Shown here in pieces: positions 1 to 11,100 of a stretch of 24,085 bases of DNA; position 1 is the stretch's first letter, and each line of letters starts with the position of its first letter. Origin of the DNA: a virus (lineage: Duplodnaviria > Caudoviricetes); the IMG/VR virus record IMGVR_UViG_3300002161_000033, positions 1 through 24,085 of that record; one strand, given 5' to 3'. The position numbers and the translations under genes are program-made. The notes under the pieces were generated by a model. The model did no database searches. It was not told the origin of the DNA and was given only the letters and a program-made list of their open reading frames with translations.

Positions 1-1
1 C

Positions 2-1687
2 GGCAAGCCGCTGACTGACAAACAAAAGTTTAACCTCACCGCAAGACTGGCGGGTGCGGGTGACGCTGAAATACCCGGAAAGATAGGCGCAGGTATTATT
101 GACTCAACCTACTTTCCGCTTGAAATGCGGCAAGCACTGGGTCTTCCAAAGTCGTTTGACATGCTTCGCAATATTGATCCGACCAAAACGGATTGGGGTT
201 TTTCCAAAGCGCAGATTCATAATCCGAGATCACATGGGTTCTTTGGAGATTTGTTTACTGATCTTGCGGTGCCGATTCAGATTGCGCTTACGCTTGCCGG
301 TCAGCCGCAGCTTGCAGGAACAATTCGCGGTGCAACGCAGGCGATGAATAACGACGGCAACATCCTGAAGGGTGCGGCGAAAGGCTTTGCTCAGGCGTCG
401 GCGGCGCAAGTTCTAGCTCTAGGAATGGAAGCCCTCGGCGATGCGATTGACCCAAATGTTTTCACAACCGCAGAAGCCGCAATCGACGCCGGCACGCTCG
501 GCGGTCAGGCAACGGGTATTGCCGGGCTACTTAATGATGTATCTCAAGCCACCGGTATCTCGCTATCAACCCTGCAAAACATGGCAAAAGGTGCGGCTAC
601 ATCTGCTATTAAAGGCGGTGATCCGCTTGAAGGTGCAATGGCGGCTTTGGCTTCTAGCGGCACAACCTCAGCGGTCAGCGGTATTGAAGGGTTCAGTAGC
701 CTTGACCCGGCCTTGCAAAAGTCTCTGCTGTCGATGGCCTCTGGTGCCACCAACGCGGCCATTTCTGGCGGGGATATTGGAGCAGCCGCATTGCAAAGCG
801 GCCTTGGCAGTCTGGCGTCGAGCATCGGCAAGATGCCGCGGGAGTATTCAACACCTACTGAGTCATTCATCGACCAAGGCGGGCTTGGTTCGGGGGCTGA
901 CTACCAGCAAAACTCGCTTGCAGACTTCTTGTCTGACCAAACTCCCACTCCTGAAACTGAAGGAGATTACGGAAAATTTCTGCCAGAAGGGTTGCGTGCT
1001 GAGGATGCAACCTCGGAACAATCCGCCATTAACCCGCTACTCGCCAGTCCCACCGAATCGTGGATTGACCAAGGTCGGCTTGTATCCGATCCGTTTGCGC
1101 TTGAGATTCTTGGCACAAGCCCGGAGGAATTCACGCCGCCCACGGCTGAGGACATGTTTGAGACTCAACAGCCCACACTTGACCAGCTGCTTGCCAGTCC
1201 CACTGAGTCATGGATTGACCAAGGCAGATTGGTTCTGACGCCAGAAGACATTGCTACACCAACTGAATCGTGGATTGACCAAGGCGGTCTTGGACAGCCT
1301 CTCACACCTGCGGATATTGCCAGTTCGACAGAAGATTACATTGATCGTGGCGGCTTGGGCGGCGGTGCTCCTACGGGCGGCACTACAGGCGGTACAACAT
1401 CTGGTGGTGGCACGAAACCGGGCGGCACGACGGGCGGGACAAAAGCACCCGTCACCCCTGCGCCTACAACAACACCCGCCCCTGCCGGGGCTGCTAACCA
1501 AGGTAATTTGCTGGCACTGCTGGGTTTGCTGGGCAATCAGCAGGCTCCGTCCGCTCCGCAGCAAACACCGTTGGCGGAGATCAAATCGTTCTACGATATC
1601 GATAGCGGAAAGTACACTAGCGGGTTTGGTACGCCTTATGCCGAAGGCGGCTCGGTGCGTGACCTGATGCACATTTTGAGGGGTTAG
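2..1687 (+). CDS. Putative internal virion/ejection protein, 5'-truncated (Gly/Ala/Ser-rich, internal PTESWIDQG repeats)
   Basis: The frame of ORF 125..1687 is open back to position 2 (GKPLTDKQKF...), so the true start lies outside the window. It has Gly/Ala-rich amphipathic segments, an acidic repeat region, a G/T/P linker and C-terminal YAEGG. It is first in a tightly packed + strand series. Function is inferred from composition and context. Confidence 0.7.
   Translation, partial: GKPLTDKQKFNLTARLAGAGDAEIPGKIGAGIIDSTYFPLEMRQALGLPKSFDMLRNIDPTKTDWGFSKAQIHNPRSHGFFGDLFTDLAVPIQIALTLAGQPQLAGTIRGATQAMNNDGNILKGAAKGFAQASAAQVLALGMEALGDAIDPNVFTTAEAAIDAGTLGGQATGIAGLLNDVSQATGISLSTLQNMAKGAATSAIKGGDPLEGAMAALASSGTTSAVSGIEGFSSLDPALQKSLLSMASGATNAAISGGDIGAAALQSGLGSLASSIGKMPREYSTPTESFIDQGGLGSGADYQQNSLADFLSDQTPTPETEGDYGKFLPEGLRAEDATSEQSAINPLLASPTESWIDQGRLVSDPFALEILGTSPEEFTPPTAEDMFETQQPTLDQLLASPTESWIDQGRLVLTPEDIATPTESWIDQGGLGQPLTPADIASSTEDYIDRGGLGGGAPTGGTTGGTTSGGGTKPGGTTGGTKAPVTPAPTTTPAPAGAANQGNLLALLGLLGNQQAPSAPQQTPLAEIKSFYDIDSGKYTSGFGTPYAEGGSVRDLMHILRG
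854..1351 (+). repeat. Five intragenic peptide repeats (P/S)TE(S/D)(W/F/Y)ID(Q/R)G
   Basis: Copies at 854-880, 1049-1075, 1199-1225, 1259-1285 and 1325-1351, all in frame, with synonymous differences between copies. Confidence 0.9.
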
Positions 1688-1689
1688 TT

Positions 1690-2544
1690 ATGGCGGACGA
1701 ATACTTGTACGGTAGCGATGTAGTGGATTACCCCGCTTTGGATTTCAGCCCTGGCGGGGGCTATTACGGCAGCGATTTGTTGGATTTGTACGTTGCGCCC
1801 ACCGACTACGGCGACCAAAGCCCCGGAGGTGGATACTACGGCAGCGATCTTGTTACGGGCCAGACCATTACTGATCAAACAGCGCGAGTCCCGGGTTTTT
1901 GGGAAAACTTGTTTGGCGGAAACATCTCGGGTGCTACCGGGCAAGCCGGAGAAGGGCTTGGCAAGCTCACGTCTTCCGCTATTAAAACGCTGTTTCAAGA
2001 CGACAAAGGCAATCTCGACATGCGTAAGCTGGCCACCCTCGGCGGCGGGCTGGCGGGGTTGCTCGGTTCCAAAGACGGGCTTAGCGGGTTGTTTGGCGGG
2101 TCGAGTGGGCAGCAGCCTTCCGGGTATCAAGGCGGCATTCCGCAACTGCAAGCAGTGCGGCAGCAGGTGCAAGCTCCTGCGAGCTCGCGTCCGGGCGAAG
2201 CTGGGCGTCGTTATTTCACCGATGTGCAGTATGCCCCCAAGGGCAGTGCGCCCGCAGCGCTGGCTGAGGGTGGGTTGGCTGAGTTGGCAAAGGGCCGATA
2301 CCTTGGCGGGGCTACAGACGGTATGGCAGATGAGCTGCCCGCCAACATTGACGGGGAAGAACCCGCTAAGCTTAGTCACGGCGAATTCGTTGTCAGTGCG
2401 GATGTGGTTAGCCATCTCGGAAACGGCAATTCAGATGCTGGTGCCAAGCGCCTGTACGAAATGATGGATCGTATCCGCAAAGCCCGTACGGGAACTACCA
2501 AGCAGGGGCGTAAAATCAACCCCAACAAATTCCTTCCTTCGTGA
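1690..2544 (+). CDS. Putative virion protein with conserved phage C-terminal domain (AEGG...DGMADELPA...LSHGEFVV.ADVV)
   Basis: 284-aa ORF with a GAGG SD-like sequence, starting 2 nt after the previous stop. The C-terminal motif pattern is one I recognise from phage structural-region proteins. Confidence 0.75.
   Translation: MADEYLYGSDVVDYPALDFSPGGGYYGSDLLDLYVAPTDYGDQSPGGGYYGSDLVTGQTITDQTARVPGFWENLFGGNISGATGQAGEGLGKLTSSAIKTLFQDDKGNLDMRKLATLGGGLAGLLGSKDGLSGLFGGSSGQQPSGYQGGIPQLQAVRQQVQAPASSRPGEAGRRYFTDVQYAPKGSAPAALAEGGLAELAKGRYLGGATDGMADELPANIDGEEPAKLSHGEFVVSADVVSHLGNGNSDAGAKRLYEMMDRIRKARTGTTKQGRKINPNKFLPS
1747..1851 (+). repeat. Duplicated SPGGGYYGSDL peptide
   Basis: Copies at 1747-1779 and 1819-1851, plus a degenerate YLYGSDV near the N-terminus. 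Confidence 0.85.
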
Positions 2545-2551
2545 GGCCAGC

Positions 2552-3586
2552 ATGGCAGACACTACTAATCCTCTCTCCGCTGCTGGCTCCGCGATGACCT
2601 CGCAGCAATCGTCCATGCCGCAGACCAGTACCGAGTCTTCGCTTTCTAACTGGGCGGGGCCGTACGTAACTGAGATGCTGGGCAAGGGTCAGGCGCTGGC
2701 TAACGCGCCCTACCAAGCCTACACCGGCCAGCTTACCGCGGGCCCTTCGGCACTTCAGTCTCAGGCATTTCAAGGTCTGGCCGGCCTGACGGTGCCGACC
2801 GATGTTACGCAAGCTGCGGGCAAAGCAGGGCAGATTGGTCAGCAAATGCAGGGCCTGAACTACGGCCCGGCGCAGTTCACCGCGGGCACGTTTGATACGC
2901 AGGCAGCGCAGCAGTACATGAACCCGTACCTGCAAATGTCGTTGAACCCCCAGCTGGAAGAAGCGCGTCGCCAAGCGGATATTCAGCGAGTCCAACAGGC
3001 AGGCCGTTTGACCAAGGCGGGTGCCTACGGCGGCTCGCGTCAGGCCATCATGGAATCGGAACTGGCGCGCAATCTTGGGCAGAATTTGGCTGGCATCACC
3101 GGGCAGGGATACAACAACGCCTACCAGCAAGCAATGTCGCAGTTCAACGCCGATCAAGCTCGGCAGCAGCAAGCGCAGCAGCAAACAGAACAAAGCCGTC
3201 AGTTCGGTGCCGGCTACGGGCTTCAAGGGCTTCAAGCTGCTCTTGGCGCGACACAGGCGCAGGCTGGGCTCGGCCAACAAGCACAACAGGCTGGGCTGGC
3301 GAATATCGCCGCTCAACTCGGTGCCGGCGCGCAGCAACGAGGCATCACAAGCGAAGGCTTGGCCGCGGACAAAGCTCAGTTCGAACAGGAACGCGACTTC
3401 CCGTACAAACAAGTGCAGTACCAGCAGTCCCTGCTTCAGGGCTTGCCGCTCGCTACGCAGTCGTATGGCTATGCTCAGCCTAGTACCTTGACGCAGATTC
3501 TCAACAGCGCAGGTGGGGTTCGCTCGTTGTATGACGCGTTGTTTGGAAGCGGTGCGCAAACGACTAAATCCGCTGGCACGACTTGA
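2552..3586 (+). CDS. Gln/Ala-rich putative DNA-transfer (ejection/pilot) protein
   Basis: 344 aa with a GAGG SD. YMNPY and GAYGGSRQA motifs and a Q-rich coiled coil are typical of podovirus internal virion proteins. Ends in tandem TGA TAA. Confidence 0.75.
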   Translation: MADTTNPLSAAGSAMTSQQSSMPQTSTESSLSNWAGPYVTEMLGKGQALANAPYQAYTGQLTAGPSALQSQAFQGLAGLTVPTDVTQAAGKAGQIGQQMQGLNYGPAQFTAGTFDTQAAQQYMNPYLQMSLNPQLEEARRQADIQRVQQAGRLTKAGAYGGSRQAIMESELARNLGQNLAGITGQGYNNAYQQAMSQFNADQARQQQAQQQTEQSRQFGAGYGLQGLQAALGATQAQAGLGQQAQQAGLANIAAQLGAGAQQRGITSEGLAADKAQFEQERDFPYKQVQYQQSLLQGLPLATQSYGYAQPSTLTQILNSAGGVRSLYDALFGSGAQTTKSAGTT

Positions 3587-3598
3587 TAAGGACAGACC

Positions 3599-5182
3599 AT
3601 GAATCGAGGAATTGACGCTGACGTGCAGGAACGGATGAACGCCTACCGCGGGAATCCCCAAGCACTTATGCAACGCTACGCTCAAAGCCAGCAGCTCGTG
3701 GACTTGCTGGCCTTACAGAAGCTCAAGTCGGACAAAGAAGCCGCCACACGCCAGATGCAGATGCAGATGGGGCAGGAGGGCCTGCCGACAATCGCGCAGC
3801 AGCGTGAGCAAGAAGTCATGGACATGACCAAGCAGGAAGTCGCACAGCGTGTAGGCGGCGTGGGCCAGCAGCAAGCCCAGCAGCAACAGCAGAACCTGCA
3901 ACAGGCCATGCAAGGCGGCATCGCCCAAGCCCCCTCCCCGAACATCGCACAGTTCAAAGAAGGCGGGATTGTTGGCTATGCCGGGCCGTCCGGGTCTGTT
4001 GTTGCTAATCCCGACGTAATGGAGACTGCCCTATCGTTAGAGCAGCTGCGGAACGAATATAACCGGCTGCGATCTGTTGGTAAGTTTGCCGACGCAACGC
4101 GAATTGCACAAGCTATACGCGCTAAACAAGAAGCCGCTCCGCGCACTGTTACTACCCCTGTAGCAGAATTTAACCCCCAAATAGCAACCCCGGCTTCAGT
4201 TCCAGCAGTTACGACTCCTGCTGTAGATAAAGAATCTCGTGGGTTGCCGCCGCCTACGAGAACCTCTGTTGATAAAGATATCTCGCGTACCGGATTGAAG
4301 CCTGGGGTTATGCCACCCGGTGCCCCGCAAGGCGCAGAGAAAGCTGCCCCCGCTACCGGCATAGCCCAAGCCCTGCCGGGAGAACTTGGAGGTGCGTTTG
4401 GAAAAGCTGGTGTGGCGGCGCTCAATCCTGACTTGAAAGCTATCGGCGCAGAGAGTGAAGCCGAACAGCGTCGTCGATTTGACCCGTTCTTCCAAGAAGC
4501 GATTGCTCGTAAGCAAGCCGCGATTGATGAGTCCAAGCAACTCGAAGCTCGGGAGCAATCTTCGCGTGATCCGCTGACAGCCTTCTTGCTGGGCGCTCAA
4601 GGCCGCACTATTGGCGAGACGCTGGGTTCCGCTGGCCGTAACGTGGCTGACTACCAAGCCAAAGCTATTGGCCGCGACCGCGCCCTGATGCAAGAACGCC
4701 AGAAGATGCTGGAAGAACTCGGCGCTGCCAAGATTGCCCCCGAAGAGAAAGCGTACGGAGCGTACCAAGACGCTCAGAAGCGAGCGCAAGATTCGCAGAA
4801 GGGCGCGATGGCACCGATAGGCTCGTACCTTACGGGTATGGAGAATGCGCAAACGCGGGCGGAGCTTGCAGAGGCCAGAATTAAACAAATTGCAGCACAA
4901 GCCCTGCAAGAACAGAGCTTAACTCCCGCACAAATTACTAAAGCTCGTACCGACGCCGCAAAGTTGGTGGCTGCCAACGTTAACGCTAAAACTATTGAAG
5001 GTTTTGCGCTTAGAGACAAGGTTGATAAAGGAATTATTACGATAGCGCAACTGGAAGCGGAACAGTTTGCCCGATTGGTTGGCGAGGCCGCACCTAATCT
5101 TCAGGTAGCAACCGGCAAACCCGCCGCGGCTCCTACCGGCCAACCCGTAGTTAAATTCGACGCTCTCAAGACGGGGAAATAA
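3599..5182 (+). CDS. Putative internal virion/ejection protein (Q-rich N-terminus, coiled coils)
   Basis: 527 aa with an AAGGA SD, an FKEGG motif and a Pro-rich linker, located between a pilot-like protein and the giant protein. Confidence 0.7.
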   Translation: MNRGIDADVQERMNAYRGNPQALMQRYAQSQQLVDLLALQKLKSDKEAATRQMQMQMGQEGLPTIAQQREQEVMDMTKQEVAQRVGGVGQQQAQQQQQNLQQAMQGGIAQAPSPNIAQFKEGGIVGYAGPSGSVVANPDVMETALSLEQLRNEYNRLRSVGKFADATRIAQAIRAKQEAAPRTVTTPVAEFNPQIATPASVPAVTTPAVDKESRGLPPPTRTSVDKDISRTGLKPGVMPPGAPQGAEKAAPATGIAQALPGELGGAFGKAGVAALNPDLKAIGAESEAEQRRRFDPFFQEAIARKQAAIDESKQLEAREQSSRDPLTAFLLGAQGRTIGETLGSAGRNVADYQAKAIGRDRALMQERQKMLEELGAAKIAPEEKAYGAYQDAQKRAQDSQKGAMAPIGSYLTGMENAQTRAELAEARIKQIAAQALQEQSLTPAQITKARTDAAKLVAANVNAKTIEGFALRDKVDKGIITIAQLEAEQFARLVGEAAPNLQVATGKPAAAPTGQPVVKFDALKTGK

Positions 5183-5185
5183 TCT

Positions 5186-8100
5186 ATGCCGTACACCGTT
5201 GAACTGCCTGACGGCACGCTTGTTTCAGATATTCCGGACGACATGCCGCAGGATGAAGTTCGACGGCGTATTCTGGCGACATTTCCGCAGTTTGCTCCCA
5301 AACAATCCACCTTCTTGGGCGAACTCAAGCGCGGAGCCAAACAGCTTATGTCCTCTACGCAGACTGCGGCGGGGGCGATAACTGACCCGGAAGCTGCGGC
5401 ACGGGCGGGCGTTGAGCGGGCGCAAAAGATCGGGGAAGAAGCGGGCGAAGGCGTGTCGTTCGCTCCGGTCAAAGAGGCTTACCAGCGCGAGGGTGTTCTG
5501 TCTGCGCTGGGCGAGGCTGCGTCTCAAGTCCCGCGGGCAGTGGCGGGTATGTTGCCCGCTGCCGGTGCAGCGATTGCCGGGGGTAAATTGGGTGCGATGG
5601 CCGGGACTCCTATTGGGGGTCCGCTTGGCGCAGTGATCGGCGGGGCATTGGGTGCCGGCGCAGGTATCTATGGCTCGATAGCTGGGGCAAATATCGAACG
5701 CCAAGCGCAAGAGCAAATGGAACGCGGCGAGCAGCTAAAGATTGATCGTCCGGCGGCATATGGTACTGCGGTAGGGCAGTCTGCGCTTGAAGCTGTGGGC
5801 ACCGGCGCAGTGCTCGGTAAGCGCCTAGTTAAAGGCGTTCTTGGCATCGCGGACGACGCCGCGTTGGCTACCGAGAAAGCTCGGCAACAGCTAATCAAAG
5901 AAGCGTCTCGGTCTGCATTGGGCGCGACTGCGCGAGGTGCAGTTAGAGGTGCCACCGAGATTCCGGTTGAAGTTGCGCAGTCTGTGCTGGAGCGCGCACA
6001 AGCGGGCCTTGATGTGCTGTCTCCAGAAGCCTATGCCGAATACGGAGAGTCTGCGTACCAAGCGACTATTGGCGGCGCAGGTCTTGGCGCGCTTACCGGC
6101 GTGCCGGAGCGTGCATCCGCGCGGGCTGAGCTTGCCAAGATCGAGGTGCCCAAGGAGCGGCAGGAAGCGCAGCGGCGGCTTCTCGCTGCACGAGAAGGCC
6201 CCAAAGGCTACGAAGGCGATCAAGCTCTGTTGTTGCCAAAGGCCAGGAAGGACGAGTTTCCCGCGGTTGAGCTGCCGACTGATCTGGCCGCCATCGAGCA
6301 GGAATTTACCCAGCTGCAACAGGCCGAGCAGACGCCTGAGACGCAAGCCCGCATGGCTGCGTTGGCACGGCAGTACGAGACGGTAGCTGCCAAGCAACCT
6401 GAGGCTCCGATCTCCATCCCCCCGGAACAGCTAGGGCTAGGGCTGGAGCAAGCTCGCACCTATGGCGACATGGAGCTTGAGAAGCAGCGGCTGTTGCAGG
6501 AAAAACAGACCCCCGAAGTAAAGGCTAGGGTCAAAGAGATCACTGCGCAACAAACGCAGATGAACATCACGGACATCGAGCAAGGGCGTAAGGCTACTGC
6601 TCAGCAGGAGAGCGAAGCCAAGCGAGCCGCCGAGAGTGCGTTTGCCCAGCCTGAAGTGCGGGAAACCCCGGAAGGCCAGCAGCTGCTGTTCTCGCAGTTC
6701 GAAGCGCCACAAGCTCGCGTAGAGCCTGCGCCCAGCACAGAATTGCCGACGCGCGAGCAGCCGCCCCTGGCCCCCAGCACGCTTGAGAAATACGGCCAAC
6801 GTCGCCTCGGCCTGCGCCCTGCCAAAGAGGGAGTGACTACTTCGATTGCTGCACCGGAAGTACCTGAAGCACCCCTGCCGCCCGTCACAGAGCCTGTGCC
6901 TGAGCCCAAGCTTGCGCCCAAAGTGCCGGCGATGTTCCAGCCGGTGATGGAGAAGCTGACTACTGCCGGGGTGCGCCCGGAGACACGAGCGTGGGCTGAG
7001 AATGCCAAGAACCGTCCGTTCCTGCGCAAGCTGATGGACATGGACCCCGAGGCTGCGCCGCAAGCGCGCAAGGCGCTCAAACTTCAAGAAGGCTCACCTA
7101 AAGCGGAGGTATTTGATGCGCTATTCCCGCAACCCGGAGTACCTGCCTTTGAACCTGCCGTCCGAGCAGATCAGCCTAGCGTGGGCGTACCTAGCAAGCC
7201 TCGAGTCGTCGAAGCCCCCCAGCCCCCTTCCGCCGGAGTTACAGAACCTGTCGGACCTGGAGTGGTACCTGCTGAGCGAGCTGCTCCAGCAGCAGCTAAA
7301 CCTGAAGGTGGGGCAAAGCCTGCACTGAAACCCGCTGAGCCCAAGCCTAAGAAGACCTCGCTCAAAGAAGCCGAAGCTGCATGGGAAGATAACAACGTCG
7401 AAGGTGCCGGCACGCGCATGGCATTCAAAGACTTGTCGTCTGATCGCAAGCAGATTTGGAAAGACTCGGTTGAAGACGGCACCGCTACGATTGATCTGTA
7501 CGAAAAGACAGCTAAGCGCCAAGTAGAAGAAAATAAGTCTGAGGCCCGTAAAGCTGCTCGGCCTGACGAAGAGGCACTAAGCCTGCGCGGGGAAGAACGC
7601 GCCAAGCAACTATCCGACTTCGAGCAAACCCTTCGCGCTGCACTCAACAAGTTCGGCCTGAAAGACATTGGCCTGAAACTCATCAACGGCATGACGGCGG
7701 AAGGCTCCTACGCACAGCAGCTTATCCAGATTGCCGCCGATTCTGCCAACCCGATCCGCACGCTGCGGCACGAGGCTATCCATGCGCTGCGCGAACTTGG
7801 TTTCTTCACGCCGCAGCAATGGCAATCGCTGTCCAAGATGGCTAAGGACAAGTGGATTGACCAGTACCTCAAGCAACGCAATATCGACGGCAAACCGCTG
7901 AAGGCGGGGGAAGAGTCACGCTACGACGCTTACATGCGCGAGTATGCCGGCAACATGGAGAAGATCACCGAGGAAGCCGTGGCTGATGCCTTCGCTGACT
8001 TTGATGCGACCAAGCCTCCAGCAGGTATGGTTGCCAAGGTAGTGGCCAAGCTCCGTAATATGTTCCAGTCCATCAAGTCTGCACTGACCAAGGTGGAATC

Positions 8101-11100
8101 GCCCGAGAAGATTTTCGGCAAGGTTGAGAAGGGTGAGTTGAAGGCAGGTGCGCCAGCAAAGCAGGGTGAGGCAAAGAGCCTGAGAGACAGGGCTACTGCA
8201 AACTTCTTGCGCTGGTTTGGCAGCAGCAAAGTAGTGGATGAGAAGGGTGAGCCGCTGGTGGTTTATCACGGGACAGGGGCAGATTTCTCCGTATTTGAAA
8301 GATCATACGGCGGCGCAATGGGGGCGGGAATGTATTTTACCGCGAACCCAAAAGAGGCCAGTGTGTACGCTGAAGGCGCAAGCGGCATTTCGCTTACTGT
8401 CAATGAAAACGGCGAGTTTGTTGAAGGGCCGGAGGGGTTCGGCAACGTAATGCCAGTGTATTTAAGCATTAAATACCCGTATGTTGTACGCAGCAACAAA
8501 ATTCCGAGAATGGAAGATTTGCAGGCACAGGGATACGATGGAGTTGTGCTTGCCGGCCATTGGGTGGCCTTCTCCCCTAACCAAATCAAATCCGCCATCG
8601 GCAACAACGGCGAATACAGCCTGACCGATGCCGACATCCGCAAGAGCCTACGCGCACCCAGCCCCACCGAAGGCATCGCTGAGACCAGCGAGCTGATGAA
8701 AGACCAGCCGAGCGAGCTTAAGAAGAACCTGCGCGATATGGTGCGGATCGTTTCGGAAAAGGACGATGTGTCGTTTGTCACACGCGTGCGTACGGAAGTG
8801 GCGGACTCGCTGGCTTCGGTTGTTAACCGGGTGAATATTCTGTTTGACGGCGCGGTGCGGGACGAGCTTACGGGCCTGACTAACCCCGAGCTGAAGCTTC
8901 GGCAGGCGCAGGCTACGGAGCCGCTTACGGCTGCGTTCTACGCCACAGGCGGATTGAAGAATGACACCGCTACAGGGCAATGGGTAGTGTCCGATAAGGC
9001 AGGGCCTGGTGGGTCGGTTAAAGACATCTTTGAGGCGCTTAAGAAGTGGGGAGATTCCAAGGGTATGTCGTTTGAGCAGGCCGACGCTGAGGCCAGCAAA
9101 ATGATCGAAGCGCGACGCCTCAAAGAGCTTATCCAAGCAAATAAAGATGCCGGCGAAACGATCTTCCCGATCCACAAGCTGTCGAACAAAGACTCACGTA
9201 GTCCCGAGGAGCAAGTAGATGTTGCCCTGCGAGGGCTGGCTGCAAATCCGGAAGTCCAAGTTATTGCCGACATGATGGATAAGCAGCGGTTTTACATGAT
9301 CGACCACATGCTCGAGGTTGGGCGCATTACCAAAGAAGAAGCCGCGGCTTACAAAGAAGCGATAGGCTACGTGCCGTTTGATCGTATCGACGACTTCTTT
9401 GCTAAGTTTGTGCCAAAACGCAACACCGGTAAAGGTATTGCGCAGCTGGGCTCCCTGCCTCAGTTTGTAGGGTCTACGCAGCGGGAAGTCGGCAACGTTA
9501 TCAACAACCACGCCAAGCTCATGGCGTGGATGGTCAAGCAGACCATCAAGCACGACGCTACGTTCACAACGCTCAACCTGTTGGCGGATATTGGGCAGGC
9601 CCGTAGGCTCGGCAAAAACAAATACGCTGCCTCAAACGCAGGCAATGTCGTGGAGACATTCCGCAACGGCCACAAGGAGTACTTCGAGATGCGGTCACAC
9701 TGGGATGCGGTAGCGTTCCGGGATGCCCCCGAAGTCAAGATGACCATCCTCAAGGTGTTCGGTGCGGTCTCTAACATCCTGCGTAAGATCGTGACGGTCA
9801 TGCCGCCGTTCGTGGCTAAGCAGGTGACGGACGATATTCAACGCGCATTTATCTATGCGGGCGTGGAACAGCCGGCGAAGTTGGTTATCCCGGCAGTTAC
9901 GAACTTCCTGAAGATTGCCGGACACGAGCTCGTGTTTGGGAAGGCTCATCCGTTTACTACGGAGTTTGCTAAGAAGGGCTTGGTTGGCGACATCGACTAC
10001 AACGCCAGCAATCCGGCGGAGACGATCCTGTTCAACATGGGGTACTCCCAACGGGGTTGGTTGAGCTCGCTGCATAACCGGCTTGAGTCGGTCACGCGGG
10101 CGTCTGACTTGGCTATCCGTAAAGCTATCTACGAGCGCACGCTGGCAGAAACCAAGAGCACGGAAATGGCTGAAGGTGATGTGGGCCTTGCCACAATGCG
10201 CGCTCGTGAGTTCATCAACTTCCGGCGGCGTGGCGCTAGCAAGACGGTGGGTATGGCGCTGGCCACAGTGCCGTTCTTCAACGCGTACATCCAGTCGAAT
10301 GACCTGCTGCTGCGGAGCATGGCGGGGCGCGGGGCAAGCGGTACCGAGCGGGCTGTTGCGAAGCGGCTGTTCTGGACACAGGCTGCCAAGGTAACGGCCT
10401 TTGCGACGATCTACGCGCTGGCTAGCAGTGACGATGACGAGTACAAGGAGCAGACGCTGGACGACCGGTTTAACAACTGGATCGTAGGCGGTAAGACACT
10501 GCCGGTTCCTGGCGATATGGCGGCGCTGTTTAAGGTTCCAGTCGAAGTTTTGATGCAGTACATGGCACGGCAAGGCACTGCGGAAGAGCAGCAGACCAAG
10601 GAAGCTGTGAAGCAGACACTAGGCTATGCGTTTGAACAGTTTGTGGGTCGTGCGTTTCCAGTGCCGCAGGCGATCCGGCCCGTTGCTGAGGCGCTGACTA
10701 ACTACTCGCTTGTCACTGGGCGTCCGTTGGTCGGTACGTATCAGAAAGGCTTGCCGTCGGTATTGCAGACTACGACGACAACCAGCGAGCTGGCCAAGGC
10801 GATTGCAAACTTTGCGTACAAGAACATCCGCGATCCCATCACGGGCACGCCGCTCGAGCTCTCGCCCATCGTTATCGACAATACCGTTCGGGGGTATTTG
10901 GGCGGTGTGGTGCCGCTGATGAACATGCTGGTTGACCAGCTTATCAACCCGAACAAGACTGATCGACCGTTGAGCCGGTATTGGCTGCTCAGCCAGTACC
11001 TCACACCCGAGGTGCCGACTGGCCCGAAGGAAGAGTTCTACGATCTGTCCAACAAGGTGATGCCGGTTAAACGTGCGCTCGACCGGCTGATGAAAACCGA

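Noticed and set aside
854-1851. CRISPR array or DNA-level repeat element
   Set aside because: The repeats are in frame, vary at synonymous positions and have irregular spacing; they are protein repeats.
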